Below, piece after piece: positions 1-10,600 of a stretch of DNA of 51,583 bases; positions within the stretch are counted from its first letter, which is position 1; the number at the start of each line of letters is the position of its first letter. A program made the translations under genes and the position numbers. This DNA comes from Emiliania huxleyi CCMP1516 (Eukaryota): positions 62,001 through 113,583 of the forward strand of contig NW_005201231.1 in the NCBI RefSeq assembly GCF_000372725.1, written 5' to 3'. A model generated the notes under the pieces. It saw nothing but the letters and a program-made list of their open reading frames with translations. It did not search any database and was not told where the DNA came from.

Positions 1-2948
1 AGCAAGATGTTGCCCGCCGAGACGTCGCGGTGCAGGATCATGGGAGAGAGCGTGTGCAAGTAGTGCAGCGCGCTCGCGGCGTCGCGCAGCACGCGGAGCC
101 GTGCGGCGGAGGAGAGCGGCGGAGGCGGCGTCTCGAAGCCGAGCATGCGGAGCCGCTGCAGCGCGGCTGGAGCGCGATAGAGGCGGTCCTCGAGGCTGCC
201 GCCGCGGCAGAGGGGGTAGACGAGGCACGCTCTCGCCGGTGCCAGGCAGACGCCGAGGAGAGGAAGCAGGGACGGGTGGCACGCCGCGTTGAGCGTACGC
301 ACCTCGCTCTGCAGCTCGGCGAGGCCTTGGGCGCCGACACCGACCAGCGCCGTCTTGACCGCGAACCCGCAAGCGACGCGCGGGAGCGACGGCAACGCGT
401 CGGCGCGGTAGACGCGCCCAAAGCCTCCCTCGCCCACCTTGCGCGCCTCGGCAAAGCCGTCGGTCGCCGCGATGAGCTCGTCGAGAGGGACGGCGGCGGG
501 CGGCGCGGCGGCGGCGGCGAGGGCAGCGACGCTCGCCGCCGCCTCCACTGCCGCTGCCGCCGCCGCTGCCTCCGCTGCCGCCTCCGCTGCCGCCGCCTCT
601 TGAGCCTCCGCCGCCGCCACGGCCGCCACTGCCGCCTCTACAGCCGCCGCCTCCGCCGCCGCCTCCGCCGCTGCCTCCGCCCTCATCCTCGCCTCCTCCC
701 TCTCCCTTGCAGCCTCCTCCCTTGCACTCGCCTCTGCCTCCTCCCTTGCGCGCGATGCCGCTTCCGCCTCCTCCGTCGCCCGCGCCGCCGCAGCCTCTGT
801 TACCACCCGATCTGCTTCCTCCGCCTCCTCCGCCGCCCGCGCCGCCGCATCCGCCTCCTCCGCCGCCCTCGCTGCCTCCGCCGCCTGCCTCGCCGCCGCC
901 TTCTCCTCCTTCTGTCGCTGCCGCTTCAGCGCCCTGGCCTCGCGGGTCCTGCGCTCCGCCAGATCGTCGCGCAGCCGCTGCGCCGCCCGCAGCGCCTCCG
1001 AGCCGTCGGCGGCGTCGGTGTTCGCGTTGATCGCCGCCCTGAGCGCCTCGAGATCGGCGTCGCCTCGCTCGCACGCCTCAACCGCCTCGCGCAGCGCCGC
1101 CTCGGCAGCATCGCGCGCCTCCGCCGCCTCCGCAGCCGCTGCCGCCTCGCGTGCGGCCGCCGCGGCCTGTTCGGCTGATTCTGCCACCGCCGTCTCCCTC
1201 TCAGCCTCTGCTTCGGTCGACGAGTGCTCCTCGAAGGCGCGCACGCTCTCGGCGTGGCCGTCCTCCTTGGCCAGCTGAAGCGCCGTCTTGCCGTCAACAG
1301 TGCGCGCCGCGTCTGCGCCCGCCCGCAGCAAGCGCCGCACGACGGCGGAGTGGTTGAGGAGGGCGGCGTACATCAGCGCGGTGAGGCCCTTGCTGTCCTG
1401 CAAGTCGACCTCCGCGCCGTGCCGTGTCAGCAAGTCGACCACCCGCTCGTGGCCTTGGCCGGCGGCGAACATCAGCGCGGTGCTGCCGTTGCTGTTCAGC
1501 AGGTTGACCTCAGCGCCGCGCCGTATCAGCATATCGACCACCTGCTCGTAGCCGTAGCCGGTGGCTAGCGTCAGCGCGGTGTCGCCGTCGCTGCTCTGCA
1601 GGTTGATCCCCGCGCCGTGCCGAAGCAGCAAGTCGACCACCCGCTCGTGGCCCATGTTGGCGGCGCACATCAGCAGCGTGATGCCGCTAGTCTCGCCTCT
1701 CTCGTATGTCGCGTCGGCCCGCCCGCCGCTGTCAAGCCACTCCAGCACCACCTCCTCCTCGCCTCGCTCCGCCGCTGCGATGACCGCATCGGGGGCTGCC
1801 ACGCCACCGCTCGGCGCCCGCCCCGCCGCCACCGCTGGAGATAGCGTCTTCGCGACTCTCGATCCAGCCGAGGAAGCGCCGCCGGAGGAAGCACCGCCTG
1901 CGCCTTCGCCGCCGGCTGCCGTCGCCGTGGGCCGTCCCGCCACGACCCTCTCCTTGACGTGCTGCCTGAAGGCCTCGACGCACTCGGCGTGGCCCTCCTC
2001 CTTGGCAAGCTGCAGCGCCGTCTTGCCGTTCACATTGCGCGTCGCCGTGTCTGCGCCAGCCTGCAGCAAGCGCCGCACGACGGCGGGGTGGTAGAGGGCG
2101 GCGCTCATCAGCGCGGTGTAGCCGCCACTGTCCTGCAGGTTGATCTCTGCCCCGCGCCGTATCAGTATTTCGACCACCTGCTCGTGGCCGCTGTAGGCGG
2201 CGGTCATCAGCGCGGTCCAGCCGTCGCTGTTCTGCAGGTTGATCTCCGCGCCGTGCTGCAGCAGCAACTCGACCACTCGCTCGTGGCCGTTGTTGGCGGC
2301 GGCCATCAGCGCGGTGCAGCCTTTGCTGTCCTGCAGGTTGATATCCGCGCCGCGCTGCAGCAACATGTCCACCACCCGCTCGTGGCCCCCTTGGGCGGCG
2401 AGCATCAGCGCGGTGCCGCCCTCGCTGTTCTGCAGGTCGACCTCCGCCCCATGCCGCAGCAGCAGTTCGACCACACTCTCGTGGCCTTTGTCGGCGGCGT
2501 ACAGCAGCGCGGTGAAGCCTTTGTTGCTCTGCACGTTGATCCCCGCGCCGTGCTTCAGCAGCAACTCGACCACCCGCTCGTGGCCTCTGCGGGCGGCGAC
2601 CATCAGCAGCGTGATGCCGTTCACGCCGCGTCTCTTGCACGTCGCGTCGGCCCGCCCGCCACTGTCAAGCCACGCCAGCACCACCGTCTCGTCGCCACGA
2701 TCAGCTGCTGCGATGACCTCGGCGGAGACTGCAACGCCACCGCTCGGCGCCGCTGGCGACAGATTGCCCGGCCGCACTCGCACACTCTCGCCGCCGCCCT
2801 CGAGCGCCACCGCGTACCGGCCGCCCTCGAAGCTCCCCGCCACGCCCCACCGCCCGTTCAGCTCGGGGCGGGCCGAGAGCCCACCGAGCACGACGCGCTG
2901 GCCGAGAAGCGGCGCCGGGGAAGCGTCCACAGCTCGGCGAGCAGCCAT
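1..2948 (-). CDS. Ankyrin-repeat IRAK/Pelle(RLK)-like kinase, partial (SH3-like module, 2 ANK blocks of ~14 repeats in total, Ala/Glu coiled coil, kinase running off the window)
   Basis: Manual translation from ATG 2948 (MAARRAVDASPAPLLGQRVVLGGLSARPELNG...) gives one frame to base 3. It is missing from the ORF track because its stop lies outside the window. Contains GxTALMxAAxxGHERVV repeats, LIAATDGFAEARKVGEGGFGRVY, FAVK and HRDVSAGNIL. Paralogue of 21683-25920. Confidence 0.9.
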   Translation of the reverse strand, partial: MAARRAVDASPAPLLGQRVVLGGLSARPELNGRWGVAGSFEGGRYAVALEGGGESVRVRPGNLSPAAPSGGVAVSAEVIAAADRGDETVVLAWLDSGGRADATCKRRGVNGITLLMVAARRGHERVVELLLKHGAGINVQSNKGFTALLYAADKGHESVVELLLRHGAEVDLQNSEGGTALMLAAQGGHERVVDMLLQRGADINLQDSKGCTALMAAANNGHERVVELLLQHGAEINLQNSDGWTALMTAAYSGHEQVVEILIRRGAEINLQDSGGYTALMSAALYHPAVVRRLLQAGADTATRNVNGKTALQLAKEEGHAECVEAFRQHVKERVVAGRPTATAAGGEGAGGASSGGASSAGSRVAKTLSPAVAAGRAPSGGVAAPDAVIAAAERGEEEVVLEWLDSGGRADATYERGETSGITLLMCAANMGHERVVDLLLRHGAGINLQSSDGDTALTLATGYGYEQVVDMLIRRGAEVNLLNSNGSTALMFAAGQGHERVVDLLTRHGAEVDLQDSKGLTALMYAALLNHSAVVRRLLRAGADAARTVDGKTALQLAKEDGHAESVRAFEEHSSTEAEAERETAVAESAEQAAAAAREAAAAAEAAEARDAAEAALREAVEACERGDADLEALRAAINANTDAADGSEALRAAQRLRDDLAERRTREARALKRQRQKEEKAAARQAAEAARAAEEADAAARAAEEAEEADRVVTEAAAARATEEAEAASRAREEAEASAREEAAREREEARMRAEAAAEAAAEAAAVEAAVAAVAAAEAQEAAAAEAAAEAAAAAAAVEAAASVAALAAAAAPPAAVPLDELIAATDGFAEARKVGEGGFGRVYRADALPSLPRVACGFAVKTALVGVGAQGLAELQSEVRTLNAACHPSLLPLLGVCLAPARACLVYPLCRGGSLEDRLYRAPAALQRLRMLGFETPPPPLSSAARLRVLRDAASALHYLHTLSPMILHRDVSAGNIL

Positions 2949-3089
2949 GTGCCCCTCTCCGTCAAATCTACGGGCGGCCTCCCGCCCAAAAGCGCCCGCG
3001 TTGAATTTTCGCTTGCGTTCACGTAAACGCACAACCCCGGGCCCCGAAATCGCACAGTGATGACAGTGACATGCAACACGGGGTCCCAG

Positions 3090-3278
3090 GGAAGGCGAGC
3101 AAAAACCTTGCGTTCACAAGAAAACTAATGCGACGTGAGATAGGAAGAGGCGGACGCCCAAGGGTGGGCGACGGCTAGCGCACCACACCCCTCTCCTTAG
3201 ATAGAATCCCTGTGTGGTGGCGGCGTGCCGTCCTCCCATCCCTCCCTTGGGCTGTCTGTTTTCTTTCTTTCTTTCTTT
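3090..3278 (+). mobile_element. 3' end of a non-LTR retroelement (family A, (CTTT)n tail)
   Basis: About 140 nt closely match 14755-14893. Ends in (CTTT)n and encodes the C-terminal peptide RREIGRGGRPRVGDG*. The 5' boundary is approximate. Confidence 0.65.
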
Positions 3279-3476
3279 ACTAAGCCTCGCACACGGCACA
3301 CGCACAAACACAACATTTGGTATGCTAAAATCTCTCACGTACAACACTGGGCACAGGACTCGACAAAAAAAGGTACCGTCACAGGAAACAGCCATAATAG
3401 TGAGCGCCGTGGTTTCTTGTTGGTTTTCAAAAATCTCTCTCTAATAGTGTGTACACCCCAGCGGCCAGTGAATGAC

Positions 3477-3998
3477 CTAGGCCATGGATGTCCGACGTTG
3501 GCCTTGGTATCGGTCTCCCCTGGCATCGTCCATGGTCATCACGTCCACCCCCTGCAGTCCCTTGGATAGCAGCTTCTGTGCCGAGGCAGGCTCGATGGTG
3601 AACTGTGCAACTGTCTTGCAGTTGGTGCCTGTGTCAGGCAGGAAGGAGAGGAAGCCTTGCGCATCGGTGGAGCCGAGGGTTTGCTGGATGTTTAAAGTCA
3701 GCATCCGTGGGTCCATTCCGCCCAGGCTCCCGTCCTTGGCAATGAGGACCAGTGTCACAGCGAGTTGTGCGCCCGCAGCCGCGAAGTATACTTCCGCCAC
3801 ATCCTTCGTCGCCGTCTTTTGCAGCAGCTCCTCCAGCGCGTTCTCGCCGTCACTGGAGTCTCCGTCTGTTTGCTCCTGTCCGGGAAGTGCGGCAAAAGGG
3901 CTGGGCTCCTCCGTATTGGGAGCAACCGCAGCTATTGGCGGTGGTGAGGGTTGGCGACGCCGCTTGCCAAGTGCTGATCCAGAGCGCTCGATGCTCAT
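3477..3998 (-). other. Lower-GC intronless ORF of unknown function, possibly a retroelement ORF1/gag remnant
   Basis: MSIERSGSALGKRRRQPSPPP...; composition differs from neighbouring genes; no recognisable motif. Confidence 0.2.
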
Positions 3999-4451
3999 AC
4001 CCTCAAGCTCACCGGCCACTGCACTGGAGTCACTCCGTTCCTGTCCGGCAAAAGTGGCGGCGCACGTGAGGCGCAGTGCGAGTGCAATGAGAATGATTGT
4101 TTTCGTTTGCCCTCGCCGAGGGCGAGGGCTACCGGTCCAGGTGAATCCGGTGGGTCGCGATGCGGCGCGCAGGCGGGGCGGCCGCACCACGGGCGGGGGT
4201 CTCGACGAAGAGGCCGACATGCCGACGTAAAACAATACTCACACCCCGGAAGAGTTGGAACCCAAGCCAAACCAAAGGCGCGAGATGGCGATGCGGCGGC
4301 CGAGACGCTCCGTACCTCCAATCCTCTTCCACCGTCGCCTATGCACGGCGCACTTCTCCATCACATGCGCCGTCGCCTGCCCCTCCGCTCTCCAGCACAC
4401 CTCTTCCGCGCTGTGATTGTGGCGCTTCCAACCCGTGTCCCAGGACGCAAG

Positions 4452-6283
4452 ATGCCCGTCGTCGGACTCAACGACCTCAAGGATGAGGGCACCGAGAAGG
4501 AGGACGCCGAGCGGCAGGCCTACTACGCCGGCGGCCAGGGCCGCGGCGGAGGCGGCTCGGGGCAGGAGGTGCTCGACCCTCGCGATCTGATGAAGCGCGC
4601 GCGCGACGAGATGGGCGCGGAGACGGAGGGCGAGTGGCGCGCCAACCAGCCGAGCGGCGCGGTCGCCTTTGCCGGCGCGGGCCAGTCGCTCGACGGCGCC
4701 ACCTCGGTGCTTGGCCACCGCGCACTGCCCGTGCGTTTGCGCCTCTCGCCTCTCGCCCGCCTCTCGCCCGCCTCTCGCCCGCCTCTCGCCCGCCTCTCGC
4801 CCGCCTCTCGCCCGCCGCCCTCCGCCCCGCCAAGCGCCTTCCTGGCCCCACCTTCGCAGACTGCCTGGCCCCCGCCTGGCCCTCCCACCCACTCCCTGCT
4901 GGCCGACCGCCCTCCCCCTACCGCCACGGTACCCGAACCCACCCTCCCCCTACCCCCCGGCACCCGAACCCACCCTCCCCTATCCCCCGGCACCGAACCC
5001 CCCCCCCCCCCTCTGCTTCCTTCCTAAGTCCCGAGAGCTCGCGCAGCAGCCCCTCTAAGGCCCAATACAGCCCGACCAATCTCCGGGTTGCAAAGGAACT
5101 GCCCTCGTCGCAAAGCGTCATAAACGACCCTACGCTGGTCAAATTTGCGTACGATCAGGTCCCAGCCCCCNNNNNNNNNNNNNNNNNNNNNNNNNNNNNN
5201 NNNNNNNNNNNNNNNNNNNNNNNNNNNNNNNNNNNNNNNNNNNNNNNNNNNNNNNNNNNNNNNNNNNNNNGCCCGCACCCCTCCACTCCCACCTCCCACC
5301 CTCACACTCCCCCACCTCCGCACTCGCCCGCACTCCCCCACCTCCGCACTCGCCCGCACCCTCCACTCCTCACCCACCCTCCACCCCTCGCCCACGCAGG
5401 TCCCCGGCGCGGCGCTGCCCGCGCGCCCGACAGAGCACACGATCACCTTCTGGTCCGGCGGCTCTTCTCTTCGGCCGGACGCGTCCGCGACACGTCCGCG
5501 ACATGTCCGAGACACGTCCATAGGTCAAACGGCTTCTCCGTGGACGACGGTCCGCTGCGCGACACCTCCGACCCCGCCAACGCCTCCTTCATGAGGGACA
5601 TCAACGAGGGGCGGCTTCCGTCGGAGCTCTCCGCCGAGGAGGCGCCAAAATTGGGCAGATCTGGGGAGATCTGGGGAGATCTGGGGACATCTGGGGACTC
5701 GGCCCCCTCCTCCGACTCCGCCGCCACTCCCGCCGCCGCCACCCCCGCCGCTGGTCGTGCACAGCGTCTCTTCACACCTCCAGCTGTGAACAGGGTGCCG
5801 AGTCGGACGTGCACCTCATCGACAAGTCTGGCGAGCCGTACAAGCCCCCGCCCGCCACGCTCAAGCCCTTCGGCGGCGAGGGACGCACGATGCGCGACGA
5901 GGCCTCCTCCTCCTCCTCAGCGGCGCCGCCGCCCGAGGCCGCGGAGCTGGTGCTGGACGAGTCGCAGCCCACGACGACGCTGCAGGTCCGTCTGCACGAC
6001 GGCTCGCGGAAGCTCGTCAAGGCGAACCACTCCCACACCGTGGCGCAGCTGCAGGCGCACGTCGCCGCGCTCACGCCCGGTGAGCTGAGCCTATCCCCCC
6101 CCCTCCTCCCCCCNNNNNNNNNNNNNNNNNNNNNNNNNNNNNNNNNNNNNNNNNNNNNNNNNNNNNNNNNNNNNNNNNNNNNNNNNNNNNNNNNNNNNNN
6201 NNNNNNNNNNNNNGGCCCCCGCCCACGCGGGATCCGGGCACCGCCACCACCAACCCTCTTCCCCCCAACCCCCCCCCCCCCCA

Positions 6284-6324
<41 letters not shown>

Positions 6325-6461
6325 AAACTCCTGTGTTGGTCGCAGGCGTGTCCTTTGAGCTGCGCGGCGGCTTCCCGCCCAAACCGCTCACCCCGTCCGC
6401 CGACAAGACGCTCAAGGAGGCGGGCCTCCTCTCCGAGTCGATCGTGCAGAGCACTTGTTAG
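4452..6461 (+). CDS. p47/Shp1/UBXN2-type Cdc48(p97) adaptor (SEP + UBX domains)
   Basis: Exons 4452-4706, 5400-5452, 5524-5641, 5794-6079, 6346-6461. Motifs YYAGG..SGQEV, ITFWSNGFSVDDGPLR..DPANASF (SEP), PFGGEGRTM (SHP box), TTTLQVRLHDGSR and GFPPKPL..TLKEAGLL (UBX). Two introns contain assembly gaps. Confidence 0.9.
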
Positions 6462-7639
6462 AGGGCGGGCGACATCGCCCGAGCCAGAGGGGGCTCCTGG
6501 CGCCGTCGGCGAGGAATACGAGGGCGTGCTGCGGCGCATTGACCTCTCCTCCTGGCCCGCGCCCTTCCTCCGCGCCGCACGCAGCGAGACGGTGAGAGGC
6601 CATGGCCGGTTGGCCGTCTGAAGGGGTCGCGGGGAGATGTGCGGTGTCGGGGGTCGCGCCGAGAGAGCGCGGCGATGCGTGCTACCAACGCTTGCCATGC
6701 GCGAACGCTGTCGGCGCCCCTGGCCTCGCAAGAGGTCTATACTATGTGTGGCTGTGGTGTTAAGGTGTCATGCGGTTGGCCAGGATGGTTTGTGTGTATC
6801 GCGCGCCTTGCGGGCTCCGCTGCTTAAAATGTTTGACGACTTCGAACCCGTGAAAAGCTTCCCCGTGCGCGGGTCACCCCGCACACGGGTCAGCCTGCCA
6901 GCCACGTAAAGGGTGTGGATGCTGGGTTGACGGAAATCGGAGGACGCGACCCACTTCGCCACAGACGGTCCCGCGCCTCGCCGCTATGACGGGGACACAC
7001 CCCGCACCGTCCGCTGTGTCCCCGTCTTTGTCCGGAGTGAAAAGTCCAACGCGCTCGTGGGTGACGGCTTCCTCCAACCTTCGCCGCGCTCGGCGAACCT
7101 CGACAGCGCCTTCGGTGGCATGCTGCTCTTTGCGACAGAAGCCTGGAGAGCAGCTCCTCTACTGCTCACACACTCTGCACAGTTGACACAGCCTACTGTG
7201 CGGCTGCCACAGCTGTGACAGCGAGATGGGCTCGCCCTCACTGGCCCTCAGTCACTTGTGCTGCGGCTTGTGTGAGCGACACTGCTCGGCGACTGCCGGC
7301 ACACTGTGAGTCCATGGGTGTGAGGCTAAACCACGCTACCAGCGCTTGGTCACATCGGCCCCGAGGTCAGATCCATCTACTCTGTTGATGACAAGACCTT
7401 GTCTACCGGCTGGAGCCGAGCAGGAGGGCCCGGCGCACAACCCCTGGTCAACTCACCCTCCACACCCCGTATCCACGCAAGCGTGGTGCTGCGGAGCCGG
7501 GCGAGGGGCGAGGGAGCAGGGACGGAGTTCGGAGGCGTCCCCGCCCAAACACCGAAAAAATATTTCAGTCCCGTCTCCCCGACCGGCAGGCGTTCTCCCT
7601 TGCGGCCGCTAAGGTAGACGGATTGCTCCTCAAAAAAAG

Positions 7640-10600
7640 CTAGACGGATTGCTGCCCCGCCGATGTCTCGTGGCCGACGTCGCCACCGTCGTCGCCGCCG
7701 CCGCCGCCGCGGACCGTCCGTTCGAAGAGGCTGCCAACGGCGCGGCAGACAAGGCTCTTCCAACGGCGGAGGTCCACCCTTGCCCGGGCCGGAGACGCAC
7801 CGAGGCCCTTTGCCAAGAGCACGAGCGAAACCTACGGGAGGGGTCATAGAGCGGGGGGTCGCACGCATAAGGCGGAACGCCGTTCTCCGCCGCCGCCGCG
7901 CGCGCCTCGTGGTGGCGTCCGGGGAAGCACGACTTTGCCAGGTCCTTGTAGAGGCCTCCGGCGATGAGCTCCTGCGACATATTGTAAGGAAGGGGGGGTT
8001 GGAGGAACGCATGGGAAACGCGCGGGATGGCCGCCTCTGAGAGAGTCTGGAGAGAGTCGCTCCTGCGGCGTGGTTTCAAAGAAGCGCGAGAAGGGCACGC
8101 CGCCCTTGTCGGGGTCGTTCTCGTGCGCCATCACGATCGGCAGCCTGTCCTCGCGCGCCTGCCTGACCTGCTCGGCCAGCCGCTCGTCCGACCAGGTGTC
8201 CTCGTTGAGGTAGAGCAGCATGTGCGTCGCGTCGCCGGCGCGGCGCGGCGCCGAGCGGCGCATGATACTGGAGCGGCGGTGAGAAGCCCGGGAGGCAACA
8301 GAGCCGCGGTCCTCGGCCGTGGAGACGGTGAGGCCGGCAAGGGCGTCGGCGAGCTCGTTGGCCAGCTCCACCGACCCCGCGTTGGCCGGCGAGGCCCAGA
8401 GCGTCACGGGCTTCGCAAGGGCGAACGAGTGGATGCGCGGCTCACCCGGCACGTAGAGGCCGACGGCGTCCAGCCCGTCGTAGTCGGGCGAGCAGAGGAG
8501 CACCGCCTGTGTGGGTGCAAAGCGGGAACGTCCAGACACTAGAGAGAGAGGCGCGGTGTATGGACTAACGGCGCCTCGACGATGGTCTTGAGCGAGACGC
8601 GCTGGAACTCCTCGATGCGATACCACGTCGTCTGCGTCCGGCCCTGGTCAAAGATGTCCGACTGCAGTTCGTCGGGGCATTCGTCGCGCAGCGCCTGCAG
8701 CGTCCCGCCGCCCTTGGCCGGGTCCGCTTCTTGCACGAGGACGAGCGGCTTGCTCTGCTCGAGCGTCGCGCGGATCTCGCGGAGGCAGTTCTGGTGGCGC
8801 GCGCGGAGCGAAGGGTGAGCCGCGGGGAGTGTCGAGGGGGCGCTCGGCGGCTCGCGCTGCGTTGGGGAGGCGTGGCCGGGCGGCGTGCGTGCGAGCGCCG
8901 GTGAGCGAAAGTAGCCCTGCGAGAGGAAGAAGAGGATCATTTGCGTGCGCTGGATGTACTCCTCAAGCGCCCCGATGTCTTTGAGATCATCGACCTATGA
9001 GTACAGGACGCGCAGTCAGAGGCGCTGTCTTCCTGTACGCGGCGCGATGAACATGCGTGTACGCGCGTCGAGAAAGACTTTGATGCCTGGCAGCAGCAGC
9101 TGCAGCTCGCTCTTGATGACTCCGACGGTGTCTTGACCAGTCGACCTATTCGGGGTCGGGGGTGCCTCATGCGCGTTCGGACTCTCTTCTTCCCTCCGCA
9201 GCTGTGATTCACCAAATGTGCGAGAGGAAGAGGTGCCACGCGAGGCCCCGCACGAGGGTGAGTTCGGGCGGCTGCTTGGTGGAGACAAGGCGGATCGTTG
9301 GGACCTTGGCGGTGCGGCGGGCGGCGACGACGGCGCCGGCGAGGGAGATCAAGAGCGCGACTCCGGCGAGGCCGATCATCGTGCTGACGATCGGATTAAG
9401 CTTGCTGAAGCCGAATACGGCGGCCGCGTCATCGGTTCCGGAGCGCTCCTCGATGCGGAGGAAAATGGTGGTCCAATTGGCGCCGAGGAAGACGATGAGG
9501 AGGATGAGGCTCATTGCGACGGCGAGGACAGAATCCTCGACGCGCTTGTACGGTTTGGTGGCGGCGACGAGCGCGACGTAGCAGGAACAGATGAGGGTTG
9601 CCACCACGAGCCGAAGCAACGCGTTCTTCTCCGGGATCAGCAGCACGAAGCCCGTCAGCACGAGCTTGCGGGCCAGCTCCAACGCCTCCCACCAGTAAAA
9701 GGTTGTTTTGTACTCCCGATGGAGGAAGGCGGTCGCTCGCGTCAGCGCCGTCGGCGTCTTGGCCTGCAGCGGCTTTTGGCAAGCGATGAGGAGCGCCGTG
9801 AACAGGACCAGCGAACCGGCGGGCCAGAGGACGATGAAACCGATGGCGAGGTCGGTGATAGACTCGTGATCCTCGGTGCCGCATTCGACGCTCGCGTCCT
9901 GCCGCATGTAGCTAACGATGCCATCGTCTTTGTCGGGATCGTCGTACGCCTAGAGAGGAGTCGCCTTGGGGTGAGAGGTGTGAGGAGCTGGCTGCAAAGG
10001 CGTGTGAGTGCGACTGCCTTGCACGACCACGCACGGAAGATGGAGGCGCTGATGGAGGGCACGAAGCAGAAGACGAGCACGAGGCCGGCCGGCGTGAGGT
10101 CGAGGAGGCCGAGGGCCGCCTCTGCGATCCACGGCCTCGCGTGCGGAGCCGGGGCAGCACGCCAGGGGTGGAGCCGCAGACATACTCCCGCGATTATTAG
10201 CAGCGCGATGAGGGCGACGGGCGAGAGGGCGATGCCGAGCAGCCGCAAACCGTAGCCGAGGCACTGCTGTGGCAACAAAATTCCCGACCAGTCGATGGAG
10301 ACGGCGTTGGCTACTGCGTCGGTCCAGCGCGTGTACGTGTCCGGCAGACGCGTGGAGTAGGTGGTGGACAAGACGATGACGATCTGGTAGAAGCCCAACA
10401 GGATCTTGAACTTGGCCGTGAGGCCGATCGCGACGCACCAGTAGACGGCACGGTCTGCAAGGCGGAGCAGAAGGCCGATGTAGGGCTTCTCCCGCCACTC
10501 TGTCATGCTGTAGCAATACGCCGCGAGGCCGCACGCGACGCAGAGGCCGAGGACGAGGCCGACGATGCGGCCAGCCGCCGCGCCGCGCGGAGCGCACTCC

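Noticed and set aside
30..3060. Long plus-strand ORFs here, and similar Arg/Ala/Pro-rich ORFs throughout the track
   Set aside because: Antisense or off-frame shadows of real genes caused by high GC.
5026..5165. Exon-like stretch (SVINDPTLVKFAYDQ) in UBX intron 1
   Set aside because: Gap-adjacent and does not fit the p47 protein; may be misjoined sequence.
6850..7400. Short ORFs and CACA/TGTG-rich sequence
   Set aside because: No motif, TIR or TSD could be established.
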